Source: Acidobacteriota bacterium
Lineage (GTDB): Bacteria; Acidobacteriota; DATKUA01; JAFGBY01
Length of the DNA: 57,499 bases
Direction: 5' to 3'
Assembly: GCA_016932915.1 (NCBI GenBank)
Contig: JAFGBY010000106.1
Span: forward strand, 1-57,499
The first letter of the stretch is position 1. Each line of letters starts with the position of its first letter. Of this stretch, positions 18,621-25,998 are shown piece by piece. A program made the position numbers and the translations under genes. A model generated the notes under the pieces. It had not been told where the DNA came from, ran no database searches, and was given only the letters and a program-made list of their open reading frames with translations.

Positions 18621-20094
18621 ATACATATTGCTGATATCGCCTCCGGTTGGCAAATCTCAACTGGGAAAAGTACCGATGCCACCGCTGGGGCTCGCTTCTA
18701 TTGCCGCAGTTCTTGAAGAAGACGGGCATAAAGTCGAGATTCTTGACTGCCCACTGCGAAAGATGGATTACCCCGACCTTGAAAAAGCATTGAAAGAGAA
18801 GAAGCCGGAAATAGTCGGCATTACAGGTACAACCTGGACGAGATACGAGCAATTTGAATCCGCCAGAGTTAGTAAAAAAATCTTGCCGGATACCCCTGTG
18901 CTGGTGGGTGGGCCACATGTTACCTTTACAGGTCCGCAAACATTAGAGAAAATTCCCGAAATCGATGTAATTATTAAAGGTGAAGGTGAACTTCCCTTCT
19001 GTGAATATGTAAAAGCTTTTCCGGATGAAGAAAAGATAAAAAAGATTCAATCACTAACAGTCCGTTATAAAGGAAATATAGTTGATAACCCGGTTGCAGA
19101 ATTCATTACCGACCTAAATACCCTTCCCGAACCGGCAAGGCACCTGTTGGATCTGGAGGCTTACGGGCAGACTCTTTTTGGAAAAAGGGCTACGACGATA
19201 ATGACATCGCGTGGCTGCCCGATATTCTGCTCATTCTGCTCTACCTCTGTTATGTGGGGAGAGCGGAACCGCAGACGTTCCCCGGAAAAGGTAGCCGATG
19301 AGATTGAAAACCTTATTAAAACCTACGACCTTGGGGCAATCTGGTTTTTCGATGATACATTAACCCTCAACCGCCAGCACATAGTCGGCCTACTTGACGA
19401 ATTTGAGAAGAGGAAAATGGATTTTATCTGGTACTGCGAAATCAGGGTAAACACAGTCGATTATGACCTTCTTAAGAGGATGTACGATCTCGGATGCCGG
19501 TATGTATCGTTCGGTGTCGAATCAGCATCGGAAAGGATACTTAAAAGAATCAACAAGGGTATAAACCTCAAGCAGGTTCTCCAGGTAATCCAGTGGTGCA
19601 TTGAGCTTGGCATATACATGAAAGCATTTTTCATGTTCGGTCTACCGGATGAGACTTACGAAGATGGATTGGAGACAGTTAATTTCTTGAAGGAGCATGG
19701 TAAAGATATCAATGATGTCGCGCTTTCAGCCGGATGCAGCATCTTGCCCGGTACGGAGGTCGAAGAGTATGCGAAAGCAATCGGTCAGATACCGAAAGAT
19801 TTCGACTGGACGGAAGAGATTTATTACCCTGAGAATAAGATGAATAATCGGCCTGTGGCGATACCTACTCTCTTACAACCTCAGCTGGGGCTCACGGAAT
19901 TGAACCGCCTTAAATTCGAGTACTACGGCAAAGGCGCTATTAACTGGTACAACATCAAGTCCAGGGTGCGCTCGATTCGGAGTATTGGTGATTTTATCAA
20001 TTTCATGAAACTCGGATTTGTTTTCCTTGCGTATATCTTAAAGCTCGGTAGTAAGAAAAAACCAAAAAAACTCGGCAAACCGTTTCTGAAATAA
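18607..20094 (+). CDS. B12-binding-domain radical SAM enzyme (class B)
   Basis: 495 aa. N-terminal cobalamin-binding-like domain (PPLGLASIAAVLEEDGHKVEILD...VLVGGPH). Radical SAM cluster motif SRGCPIFCSFCS. Basic/hydrophobic C-terminal tail. 14-nt overlap with the preceding gene. Confidence 0.88.
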   Translation: MTESRYILLISPPVGKSQLGKVPMPPLGLASIAAVLEEDGHKVEILDCPLRKMDYPDLEKALKEKKPEIVGITGTTWTRYEQFESARVSKKILPDTPVLVGGPHVTFTGPQTLEKIPEIDVIIKGEGELPFCEYVKAFPDEEKIKKIQSLTVRYKGNIVDNPVAEFITDLNTLPEPARHLLDLEAYGQTLFGKRATTIMTSRGCPIFCSFCSTSVMWGERNRRRSPEKVADEIENLIKTYDLGAIWFFDDTLTLNRQHIVGLLDEFEKRKMDFIWYCEIRVNTVDYDLLKRMYDLGCRYVSFGVESASERILKRINKGINLKQVLQVIQWCIELGIYMKAFFMFGLPDETYEDGLETVNFLKEHGKDINDVALSAGCSILPGTEVEEYAKAIGQIPKDFDWTEEIYYPENKMNNRPVAIPTLLQPQLGLTELNRLKFEYYGKGAINWYNIKSRVRSIRSIGDFINFMKLGFVFLAYILKLGSKKKPKKLGKPFLK

Positions 20095-20124
20095 TTATGA
20101 AGGATTAATTATAAATATATGATT

Positions 20125-20151
20125 GTGGGAGCCGGTTCCACCCGGCGATTC
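20125..20151 (+). repeat. GTGGGAGCCGG-N6-CCGGCGATTC hairpin repeat
   Basis: gtgggagccggttccacccggcgattc, located 30 nt after the B12-radical SAM stop. This is the same orientation relative to the upstream gene as the copy at 5178..5204. Confidence 0.8.
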
Positions 20152-20156
20152 TCTAA

Positions 20157-20185
20157 GTGGGTTCAGGTATTATACTTGAACCCGC
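20157..20185 (+). repeat. GGGTTCA-type hairpin repeat
   Basis: gtgggttcaggtattatacttgaacccgc. Related copies lie at 20407, 25746, 29763, 32344 and 34165. Confidence 0.75.
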
Positions 20186-20197
20186 AAATGAATAAGT

Positions 20198-20225
20198 TGT
20201 CATTTCCGCGAAAGCGGAAATCTTC
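20198..20225 (+). repeat. GTCAT-type hairpin repeat, exact 28-mer
   Basis: tgtcatttccgcgaaagcggaaatcttc, identical to 22944..22971. Confidence 0.9.
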
Positions 20226-20406
20226 GTATTCCAAATGAAAAAATAATTATAATTCAGAAAAGCAATATAAATACTCTTAGTGCTGAGTTAGGGATTCCGG
20301 CTTCTTTTACGGTGGATCAGTAATCAAATAGGATATTTGGCAGTATCAGATAACCTTTATATTTTACCGCCGGAATGACGATATAATAATCAATACGATC
20401 CCGGTT

Positions 20407-20433
20407 GTGGGTTCAGGTATGATACCTGAACAC
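20407..20433 (+). repeat. GGGTTCA-type hairpin repeat
   Basis: gtgggttcaggtatgatacctgaacac: a perfect 9-bp stem gttcaggta/tacctgaac. Confidence 0.75.
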
Positions 20434-20460
20434 GCCAAAGAATCTTCCTCTGAGTTTTCA

Positions 20461-20488
20461 GATTGCTTCGCTATGCTCGCAATGACAG
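20461..20488 (-). repeat. GTCAT-type repeat (GTCATTGCGAGC...GCAATC variant)
   Basis: The reverse complement is ctgtcattgcgagcatagcgaagcaatc. Only a 5-bp terminal stem is evident. Confidence 0.5.
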
Positions 20489-20587
20489 TTTCATCAGACC
20501 CCATTCTGGAATTCAATACTTTACATAATGAAACCAATAGGTAGAATGACGCTTTGCAAAATAAAAAATAACGGAGGCTATATATAA

Positions 20588-21775
20588 ATGCATAACTTGA
20601 AAGACAAATCGTTCATGACGAAGGTTATACATGCTGGTATGAATGTGGATAAAGAATACGGCGCTGTTGCCACCCCGATTTACCAGACTTCTACGTTTAA
20701 ATTTGTTGATCCCGACCAGGGAGCAAGGCGTTTCGCCGGTGAAGAGGAAGGTTATATCTACACCAGGATAGGCAATCCTACAATTGCAGCGTTCGAAGAA
20801 AACGTAGCTATACTGGAAGGTGGTTTCGGCGGTATCGCGGTGTCCAGCGGAATGGCGGCTGTTTCAACTCTTTACATGGCGCTTCTAAATGCTGGTGACC
20901 ATATGATAAGCACGGCATCAGTCTATGGGCCCTCACGCGGAATCATGGAAAATGAATTCTCACGTTTTGGTGTTGAGTCTTCATTTGTAGATACCTCGGA
21001 TATCAAGAATATCGAGAATGCCCTTAAGGATAATACCCGGGCGCTGTTTATCGAAACTCCTGCAAATCCGACTATTGTACTGACTGATATAAAAAAATGC
21101 GCTGAATTTGCGAAAAAACATAACCTTATCCTTGTTGTGGATAATACTTTTTCTACTCCGTATCTTCAGCGCCCGCTCGAACTCAGTGCGGATGTCGTCT
21201 TCCACAGCATCACGAAAGCTATCAACGGCCACACCGATGTAGTCGGCGGGATTATCGTCCCCGGTACAGAAGTGCTTTACAAGAAAATCAGGAAAGTCAT
21301 GGTCGGCATGGGCTGCAATATGGACCCGCACCAGGCATGGCTTGTGCAGAGAGGCCTGAAGACCCTGGCTCTCCGTGTACAGCGCGCTCAGGAAAACGCC
21401 CAGGTAGTTGCTGAATGGCTCGAAAAGAACGACAAGATCGAATGGGTACTTTACCCGGGTTTAAAAAGCCATCCACAGCACGAGCTCTCGAAGGCGCAGA
21501 TGGACGGATTCGGTTTTATGATCTCGTTCGAGGTTAAAGGCGGCGTGGAAGCCGGAAAGAAATTCCTCTCCAATGTCGAACTCTGCACCCTTGCAGTGTC
21601 CCTCGGTGGAATCGAGACCTTGATCCAGCATCCGGCTGGGATGACCCACTCCGGTACGCCGAAAGAAAAACGGCTTGCCGCAGGCATCACCGATGGCCTT
21701 GTGCGTATTTCCGTCGGTTGCGAGGATGTCAACGAAATCATCGCAGACCTGGAAAATGCGCTCAAAAATGTTTAA
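20588..21775 (+). CDS. Cys/Met-metabolism PLP enzyme, methionine gamma-lyase / cystathionine gamma-synthase family
   Basis: 395 aa. TPIYQTSTF, the PLP-lysine motif HSITKAINGH, and SLGGIETLIQHPA. GGAGG RBS. Confidence 0.9.
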   Translation: MHNLKDKSFMTKVIHAGMNVDKEYGAVATPIYQTSTFKFVDPDQGARRFAGEEEGYIYTRIGNPTIAAFEENVAILEGGFGGIAVSSGMAAVSTLYMALLNAGDHMISTASVYGPSRGIMENEFSRFGVESSFVDTSDIKNIENALKDNTRALFIETPANPTIVLTDIKKCAEFAKKHNLILVVDNTFSTPYLQRPLELSADVVFHSITKAINGHTDVVGGIIVPGTEVLYKKIRKVMVGMGCNMDPHQAWLVQRGLKTLALRVQRAQENAQVVAEWLEKNDKIEWVLYPGLKSHPQHELSKAQMDGFGFMISFEVKGGVEAGKKFLSNVELCTLAVSLGGIETLIQHPAGMTHSGTPKEKRLAAGITDGLVRISVGCEDVNEIIADLENALKNV

Positions 21776-21784
21776 AATGGATTT

Positions 21785-22726
21785 ATGACCAAACAATATA
21801 AATACCTGTACGGCCCGGTGCCGTCACGCAGGATAGGTCTTTCGCTGGGAGTAGATATCCTCAAACCGAAAACCTGCACTTTTAATTGTATCTACTGCCA
21901 GCTGAAAAAGACCGACACTCTGACAACCGAGCGCCAATCGTTTTTCCCGCCGGATGAGATTATAGATGAGATAAGAGAACGGATCACGGTGGATAAAGTG
22001 AAAACCGATTACATCACTTTTTCCGGCTCCGGCGAACCCACGCTCAGCCAGGATATCGGGGTGATAATCGATGGGATCAAGGAATTTACCGATATCCCCG
22101 TAGCGGTTATCACGAACGGTTCCCTCCTCTGGAAGGAAGAAGTGAGGCAGGATATTTTGCATGCCGACCTTGTTATCCCTTCTCTCGATGCAGCGCTGGA
22201 AGAATCCTTCCATAAGATAAACCGCCCGCATCCCGCTTTGAAACTGGACAAGATCAAACAGGGGATTCTCGATTTCCGAAAAGAATACCAGGGCCAGATA
22301 TGGCTGGAGATTCTCTTTGTTGCGGGGATAAACGATTCCGGGCGTGACCTCGATGCTCTGCTTGCTTTCATCGAACAGCTTGGGCCCGATAAGGTTCAGC
22401 TGAATACCGTCGAACGCCCGCCGCTGGAGAAAAACTCCCTTGCCCTCAGCTCCCGTACGCTGCATGAGATTGTGAACAAGTTCAGCGGCAGGGTGGAGAT
22501 TGCCGGGGAATCGGGGCGGAAGATAGACATCGGGGATAATGAAAACCTTACCCCTGAAGAGGCGATCATGGAGATGCTCCGCCGCAGGCCTTGTACTGCG
22601 ATAGATATCAACAGCACGACAGGCTTCGGCAGGGATATTATCGTGAAAGCACTCGATACGCTCCACGAAAAGGGAAGCATCATCAAGGAAGCCATGTACG
22701 GAAAGGAGTATTACAGGATAAAATGA
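21785..22726 (+). CDS. Radical SAM enzyme with a winged-helix-like C-terminal domain
   Basis: 313 aa. YGPVPSRRIGLSLGVDILKPKTCTFNCIYCQ (CxxxCxxC) and GSGEPT. The C-terminal ~55 aa are helix-rich. Starts 9 nt after the preceding gene. Confidence 0.85.
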   Translation: MTKQYKYLYGPVPSRRIGLSLGVDILKPKTCTFNCIYCQLKKTDTLTTERQSFFPPDEIIDEIRERITVDKVKTDYITFSGSGEPTLSQDIGVIIDGIKEFTDIPVAVITNGSLLWKEEVRQDILHADLVIPSLDAALEESFHKINRPHPALKLDKIKQGILDFRKEYQGQIWLEILFVAGINDSGRDLDALLAFIEQLGPDKVQLNTVERPPLEKNSLALSSRTLHEIVNKFSGRVEIAGESGRKIDIGDNENLTPEEAIMEMLRRRPCTAIDINSTTGFGRDIIVKALDTLHEKGSIIKEAMYGKEYYRIK

Positions 22727-22923
22727 AAAAGATATCGATGAACAAGGATAAAAAAGAACTCGTCCTGAAACTCCTGAAAGGCAGCCCCTGTAATATCCAG
22801 CAGATGCAAGAGGAACTCGGTTTACTTCCGAGCAACCTCCAGGCCGTACTCACCGAATTACTGACCGATGAAAAAATCACCACTGAAGCCCAGGAAGGCG
22901 TGATCATCTATAAACTGAAATAA
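22723..22923 (+). CDS. 66-aa protein paralogous to the C-terminal domain of the upstream radical SAM enzyme
   Basis: ATG 22723 overlaps the upstream TGA (ATGA). It is in frame inside the longer track ORF 22591..22923. The sequence aligns ungapped with the radical SAM C-terminus (shared PC, G, L..L, EA..G...Y[RK][IL]K-stop). Confidence 0.5.
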   Translation: MKKISMNKDKKELVLKLLKGSPCNIQQMQEELGLLPSNLQAVLTELLTDEKITTEAQEGVIIYKLK

Positions 22924-22943
22924 ATTTTTCCATTCAAAAAATC

Positions 22944-22971
22944 TGTCATTTCCGCGAAAGCGGAAATCTTC
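22944..22971 (+). repeat. GTCAT-type hairpin repeat, exact 28-mer (probably also the terminator of the preceding operon)
   Basis: tgtcatttccgcgaaagcggaaatcttc followed by ttttat. Located 21 nt after the stop at 22923. Confidence 0.9.
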
Positions 22972-23060
22972 TTTTATCTTATTATTAGGTTCTTCTTTTA
23001 ACGGCAGTTATAATTATAAATAATTCTGAACGATTTTGGATTATCTGTCACTAAGTATAT

Positions 23061-23603
23061 ATGGATGAGAAAGAAGTTATAGAGAGGGTTAAGGCCGGGG
23101 ATTCGGCTGCGGCGCGGGAGCTTTTCCGTGAGTATGGGGAGAGGCTCCTGAAGAATGCCTATTTCCTATGTTCCCACCCGGAGGATGCCGAGGATATCGT
23201 GCAGGAGACATTTCTTGTTGCTCTTCGCAAGATCAGACAGTTCCGCGGTGACTCGTCGTTTTATACATACTTATATGCGATTTTCCGGAATACTAAATAT
23301 TCATATTACCGTAAGAAGGGAAAACTTCAGGTGATGGAAGACAGCCTGTTGAATATTGCTATCTCAGGATTAAAAAATAATGATGAAATTGATTTTAAGT
23401 TAATAGATTCCGCGAAGCAGAAAGAACTTGGCGCGGCGTTGAAACGGCTTACACCTGAGGAAAGGGAAGTGATTGTGCTCCGTTTCTATGAAAACATGAA
23501 AATAAATGATATCTCACGCGCTATGGGACTGCCTACAGGCACAGTAAAATCGAAGCTGTACTATGCTTTAAAGAAACTGCGCTCTGAAATAAAGGAAGTT
23601 TGA
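23061..23603 (+). CDS. ECF-type RNA polymerase sigma-70 factor
   Basis: 180 aa. Region 2 (EDAEDIVQETFLVALRKIRQFR) and region 4 HTH (EREVIVLRFYENMKINDISRAMGLPTGTVKSKLYYALKKLR). Confidence 0.9.
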   Translation: MDEKEVIERVKAGDSAAARELFREYGERLLKNAYFLCSHPEDAEDIVQETFLVALRKIRQFRGDSSFYTYLYAIFRNTKYSYYRKKGKLQVMEDSLLNIAISGLKNNDEIDFKLIDSAKQKELGAALKRLTPEEREVIVLRFYENMKINDISRAMGLPTGTVKSKLYYALKKLRSEIKEV

Positions 23604-23645
23604 ACAAATATAATTTAACTGACACTAATAATAGAGGTGATCAAA

Positions 23646-24212
23646 ATGAAATGCAGAGTATTTAAAAAACAGATTGAGGAATACCTTGACGGCGCGCTCC
23701 GCGGAAAGAAAAAAGCGCGTTTCGAGGAGCATCTTTCTTCATGCGGACTCTGCAGGAAGCTGTTAGAAGAGAGGGAAAAAGCTGGCATAGCGACCGGTAA
23801 TGCTGTTTCAGGGCAGATGCCCACAGGTGATGATTTCAAAAGAAACCTTCATAGAGTGGAAGAAAATATCATGGAAAGCTGGGAGCGTGAACACAGCGCA
23901 AAACCTGAGCGGCTCGGCCTTTTATCGCCGATGCTATCCAGGCTGACGGTAGCCGCAGCTGTTGTAGCTGTCTTGCTTGCGAATTACTTACTATTCCTGA
24001 ACCCAGGGGAGCATTCCCACCGGACGAACAGCAGTACCTCAAGTGATTCCGGACGTCCGTATGTCAAATATACTGAGACGAAATACGATGAACAGAATCC
24101 GGATCATTGGTCGGAAAAGATTCTTTACGTTCAATACTACAACGGCGAAAGCGGTTCTTTATATATAAAAGTAAAGAACGATGCCGGGAATTCAAAAGGA
24201 GACAACAGATGA
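23646..24212 (+). CDS. Anti-sigma factor, zf-HC2 type, single-pass membrane
   Basis: MKCRVFKKQIEEYLDGAL...EEHLSSCGLCRKL (H-x3-C-x2-C), one TM segment (LTVAAAVVAVLLANYLLFL), position directly after the ECF sigma. ATG 23646 is preferred to GTG 23637. Confidence 0.8.
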   Translation: MKCRVFKKQIEEYLDGALRGKKKARFEEHLSSCGLCRKLLEEREKAGIATGNAVSGQMPTGDDFKRNLHRVEENIMESWEREHSAKPERLGLLSPMLSRLTVAAAVVAVLLANYLLFLNPGEHSHRTNSSTSSDSGRPYVKYTETKYDEQNPDHWSEKILYVQYYNGESGSLYIKVKNDAGNSKGDNR

Positions 24213-24838
24213 AAAAGATTATTATATCATGGCTGGCAGCGCAGCTGATTCTTGTATTCGCGGTGGGAGTAATCCACGCCGGGCAGAAAAATATCTCGAT
24301 AAAACGGAAATATATTAAGGACGATAAAGCTTATTATACTGTGGCGATTATCGGCGCCCCGGTTGAGGATATTGTAAAGATCCTCAGCGATTATACCGGA
24401 GCTGAGATTCACATCGGCTCTATTCCAAAGGATGCTCCTACTTTGAATATCGAGTTTATGGATATCCCCTCAGAATATGTCGATGCGATGGTTGATAAGA
24501 TGGGTTACACACTTACGCTGAATTTCGATTATGGAAAAGATTCCAAGATGAAGAAGGTCAAGAAAGGTGATGGTTTTACTTATCAGACTAATTACGATTT
24601 CTCTGAAAAAAAATTATCACTTGAATTTGATAATGTCAGGCTGGTTGATATTCTGCAGACTATTTCAAGCGGCAGCGGCTATACAATTAAAGTAGTCGGT
24701 GTGAGCGATAATCGTATTGTGTCGATGAAGGTATATAAGGTGACTGTCCCCGAGGCATTGGCTGCGCTTGCGGAAGTTGCCGAATTGGATTTGAAAAAAA
24801 TAGATGATAATACCTATGAGATGAGAGCAAGGAAGTAA
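24209..24838 (+). CDS. Secreted protein built from two STN/secretin-N0-like units
   Basis: ATG 24209 overlaps the anti-sigma stop (ATGA). Signal peptide MKKIIISWLAAQLILVFAVGVIHA. Two units (YYTVAIIGAPVEDIVKILSDYTGAEIHIG...; LSLEFDNVRLVDILQTISSGSGYTIKVVGV...VTVPEALAALAEV). The track ORF from 24107 is an upstream extension. Confidence 0.5.
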   Translation: MKKIIISWLAAQLILVFAVGVIHAGQKNISIKRKYIKDDKAYYTVAIIGAPVEDIVKILSDYTGAEIHIGSIPKDAPTLNIEFMDIPSEYVDAMVDKMGYTLTLNFDYGKDSKMKKVKKGDGFTYQTNYDFSEKKLSLEFDNVRLVDILQTISSGSGYTIKVVGVSDNRIVSMKVYKVTVPEALAALAEVAELDLKKIDDNTYEMRARK

Positions 24839-24866
24839 CTAAAACCTGCATAATAATTAAAACATA

Positions 24867-24900
24867 ATCACCCGGGTATTTCAACCCGGGTGATGTTTTA
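24867..24900 (+). terminator. Rho-independent terminator
   Basis: atcacccggg-tatttcaa-cccgggtgat followed by gtttta. Located 29 nt after the stop at 24838. Confidence 0.7.
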
Positions 24901-24953
24901 TACGTTGTGTGTATTCAGGGTTCTTTCTTCAATGTCATCTTTCTCTGTATAAA

Positions 24954-24969
24954 TGTAACCTGTCTTACA
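24954..24969. promoter_or_regulatory. TGTAA-N6-TTACA palindrome (candidate dimeric-regulator site)
   Basis: tgtaacctgtcttaca, 102 nt upstream of ATG 25056. The 17-mer including the next base matches 28061..28077 at 14 of 17 positions. Confidence 0.4.
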
Positions 24970-25055
24970 GAATTAAATCTATTCATAATATAAAAATATC
25001 TATAAATGGCTACATTTTTAAAATCTTAATAGCGCAACTATTGAAGGAGGAGTCT

Positions 25056-25709
25056 ATGAGATTCAAAAAATCGATTTATTTAACAGCTGCTTTTTGTCTT
25101 ATCCTGTCGTTTTTCCTATTTGCCGGTGAGGCTGAGAGATTCAAACTGGAGTTTAAGGATGCTTACCTGATTTACGACACTGTGACTGCTTCGCTCCAGA
25201 TTATTACTCAAGGCAACGTGCTTTCATATGGTAAGGACTGGGAAGTAGTGAAAATGAAACCTTATCTTTTTGCCCTCAGGCTGAAGACATGGAAAGATTT
25301 CTTCTGGAAGGTCAACACTTCCCGTAAAGAAGTCTACATGATCAAGGATATTGAGTTCCCGAAGATGGGAGGCACTTCAAAGACACTGGAAAACGTGATG
25401 GTCAAACCCACCGGTGATGCCATGACCCCTGAAAGGTTCCAGCTGATGTTTGGTTCAGCTTATATGGCATATCTGCCTGATACAAAAACGCAGCAGATTG
25501 TCACAGAAGGTGTTGTTCTGTCATACTGCCAGGACTGGGAAGTAATCCAGCTAAAACCATATCTTTATCATTTCAAGCAGAATATGTGGAAAGCTTTCTT
25601 CTGGCATGTCAATTCATCCAGGAAAACTGTAAATCGTGTAAGCGGTGGTACTTTCGGCCAAATGGGAGGTGATCTTAAACCTTTGGATATCAAGTTGGTT
25701 ACTTATTGA
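25056..25709 (+). CDS. Secreted protein of unknown function with an internal tandem duplication (2 x ~95 aa)
   Basis: ATG 25056 preceded by GGAGG. Signal peptide MRFKKSIYLTAAFCLILSFFLFAG. Residues 27-125 and 126-217 are clear repeats (ERFKLEF...SYGKDWEVVKMKPYL...FFWKVNTSRK vs ERFQLMF...SYCQDWEVIQLKPYL...FFWHVNSSRK). Confidence 0.7.
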   Translation: MRFKKSIYLTAAFCLILSFFLFAGEAERFKLEFKDAYLIYDTVTASLQIITQGNVLSYGKDWEVVKMKPYLFALRLKTWKDFFWKVNTSRKEVYMIKDIEFPKMGGTSKTLENVMVKPTGDAMTPERFQLMFGSAYMAYLPDTKTQQIVTEGVVLSYCQDWEVIQLKPYLYHFKQNMWKAFFWHVNSSRKTVNRVSGGTFGQMGGDLKPLDIKLVTY

Positions 25710-25745
25710 TATCCTGTTAATTTTACTTCTTTATATTTTTATTAC

Positions 25746-25777
25746 GGGTTCAGGGATTCACCTTGAACCCTTTTTTT
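25746..25777 (+). terminator. Rho-independent terminator built from a GGGTTCA-type hairpin
   Basis: gggttcaggg-attca-ccttgaaccc followed by T7. Located 37 nt after the stop at 25709. Confidence 0.8.
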
Positions 25778-25998
25778 ATTGTTATAAGAGAGTACTTGGA
25801 GCTGCATAACAAAGAAAATGGCTTAAATATATGCCAGTGATAAAAGTGTATTATTGGGTTTAATAATTAGTGAAATATTAATCCAATCTTTTCAGAATTT
25901 CGTATAATCAAACTGATGGTCTTGTATCTGAAATTTGAAATATCTGAATATTTTTTAAAAATGCAGAATCCAAAGAATAGTATGAACAAGGAGTGCTA

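Noticed and set aside
20095-20587. Hairpin clusters (also 4990-5210 and 6240-6500) considered as a CRISPR array.
   Set aside because: The repeats belong to different families, are irregularly spaced, occur in mixed orientation and are themselves palindromic. There are no unique spacers of constant length and no cas genes.
21824-22666. 280-aa ORF on the minus strand covering almost the whole radical SAM gene.
   Set aside because: It is exactly antisense to a gene with clear radical SAM motifs. It has no RBS or recognisable domain, and its composition is Arg/Pro/Gly/Phe-rich and mirror-like. This is a typical shadow ORF in a locally GC-richer gene.
23028-23049. GAAC-N14-TGTC upstream of the first ECF sigma gene, considered as an autoregulated ECF promoter.
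   Set aside because: The spacer is 2 nt shorter than in the second ECF locus (GAAC-N16-TGTC at 38804-38827). The -10-like element would lie only 12 nt from the start codon. This is too weak to call.
24107-24208. Long N-terminal extensions in the ORF track. They affect 24107..24838, 24909..25709, 37939..38751, 22591..22923, 34987 for the peroxiredoxin, 14114 for gltX, 46528 for the MazG-like gene and 29834 for CARDB-2.
   Set aside because: In each case an internal in-frame ATG or GTG is preceded by a good RBS and begins a signal peptide or the conserved family N-terminus. The extensions overlap upstream genes or terminators and encode basic, low-complexity sequence.
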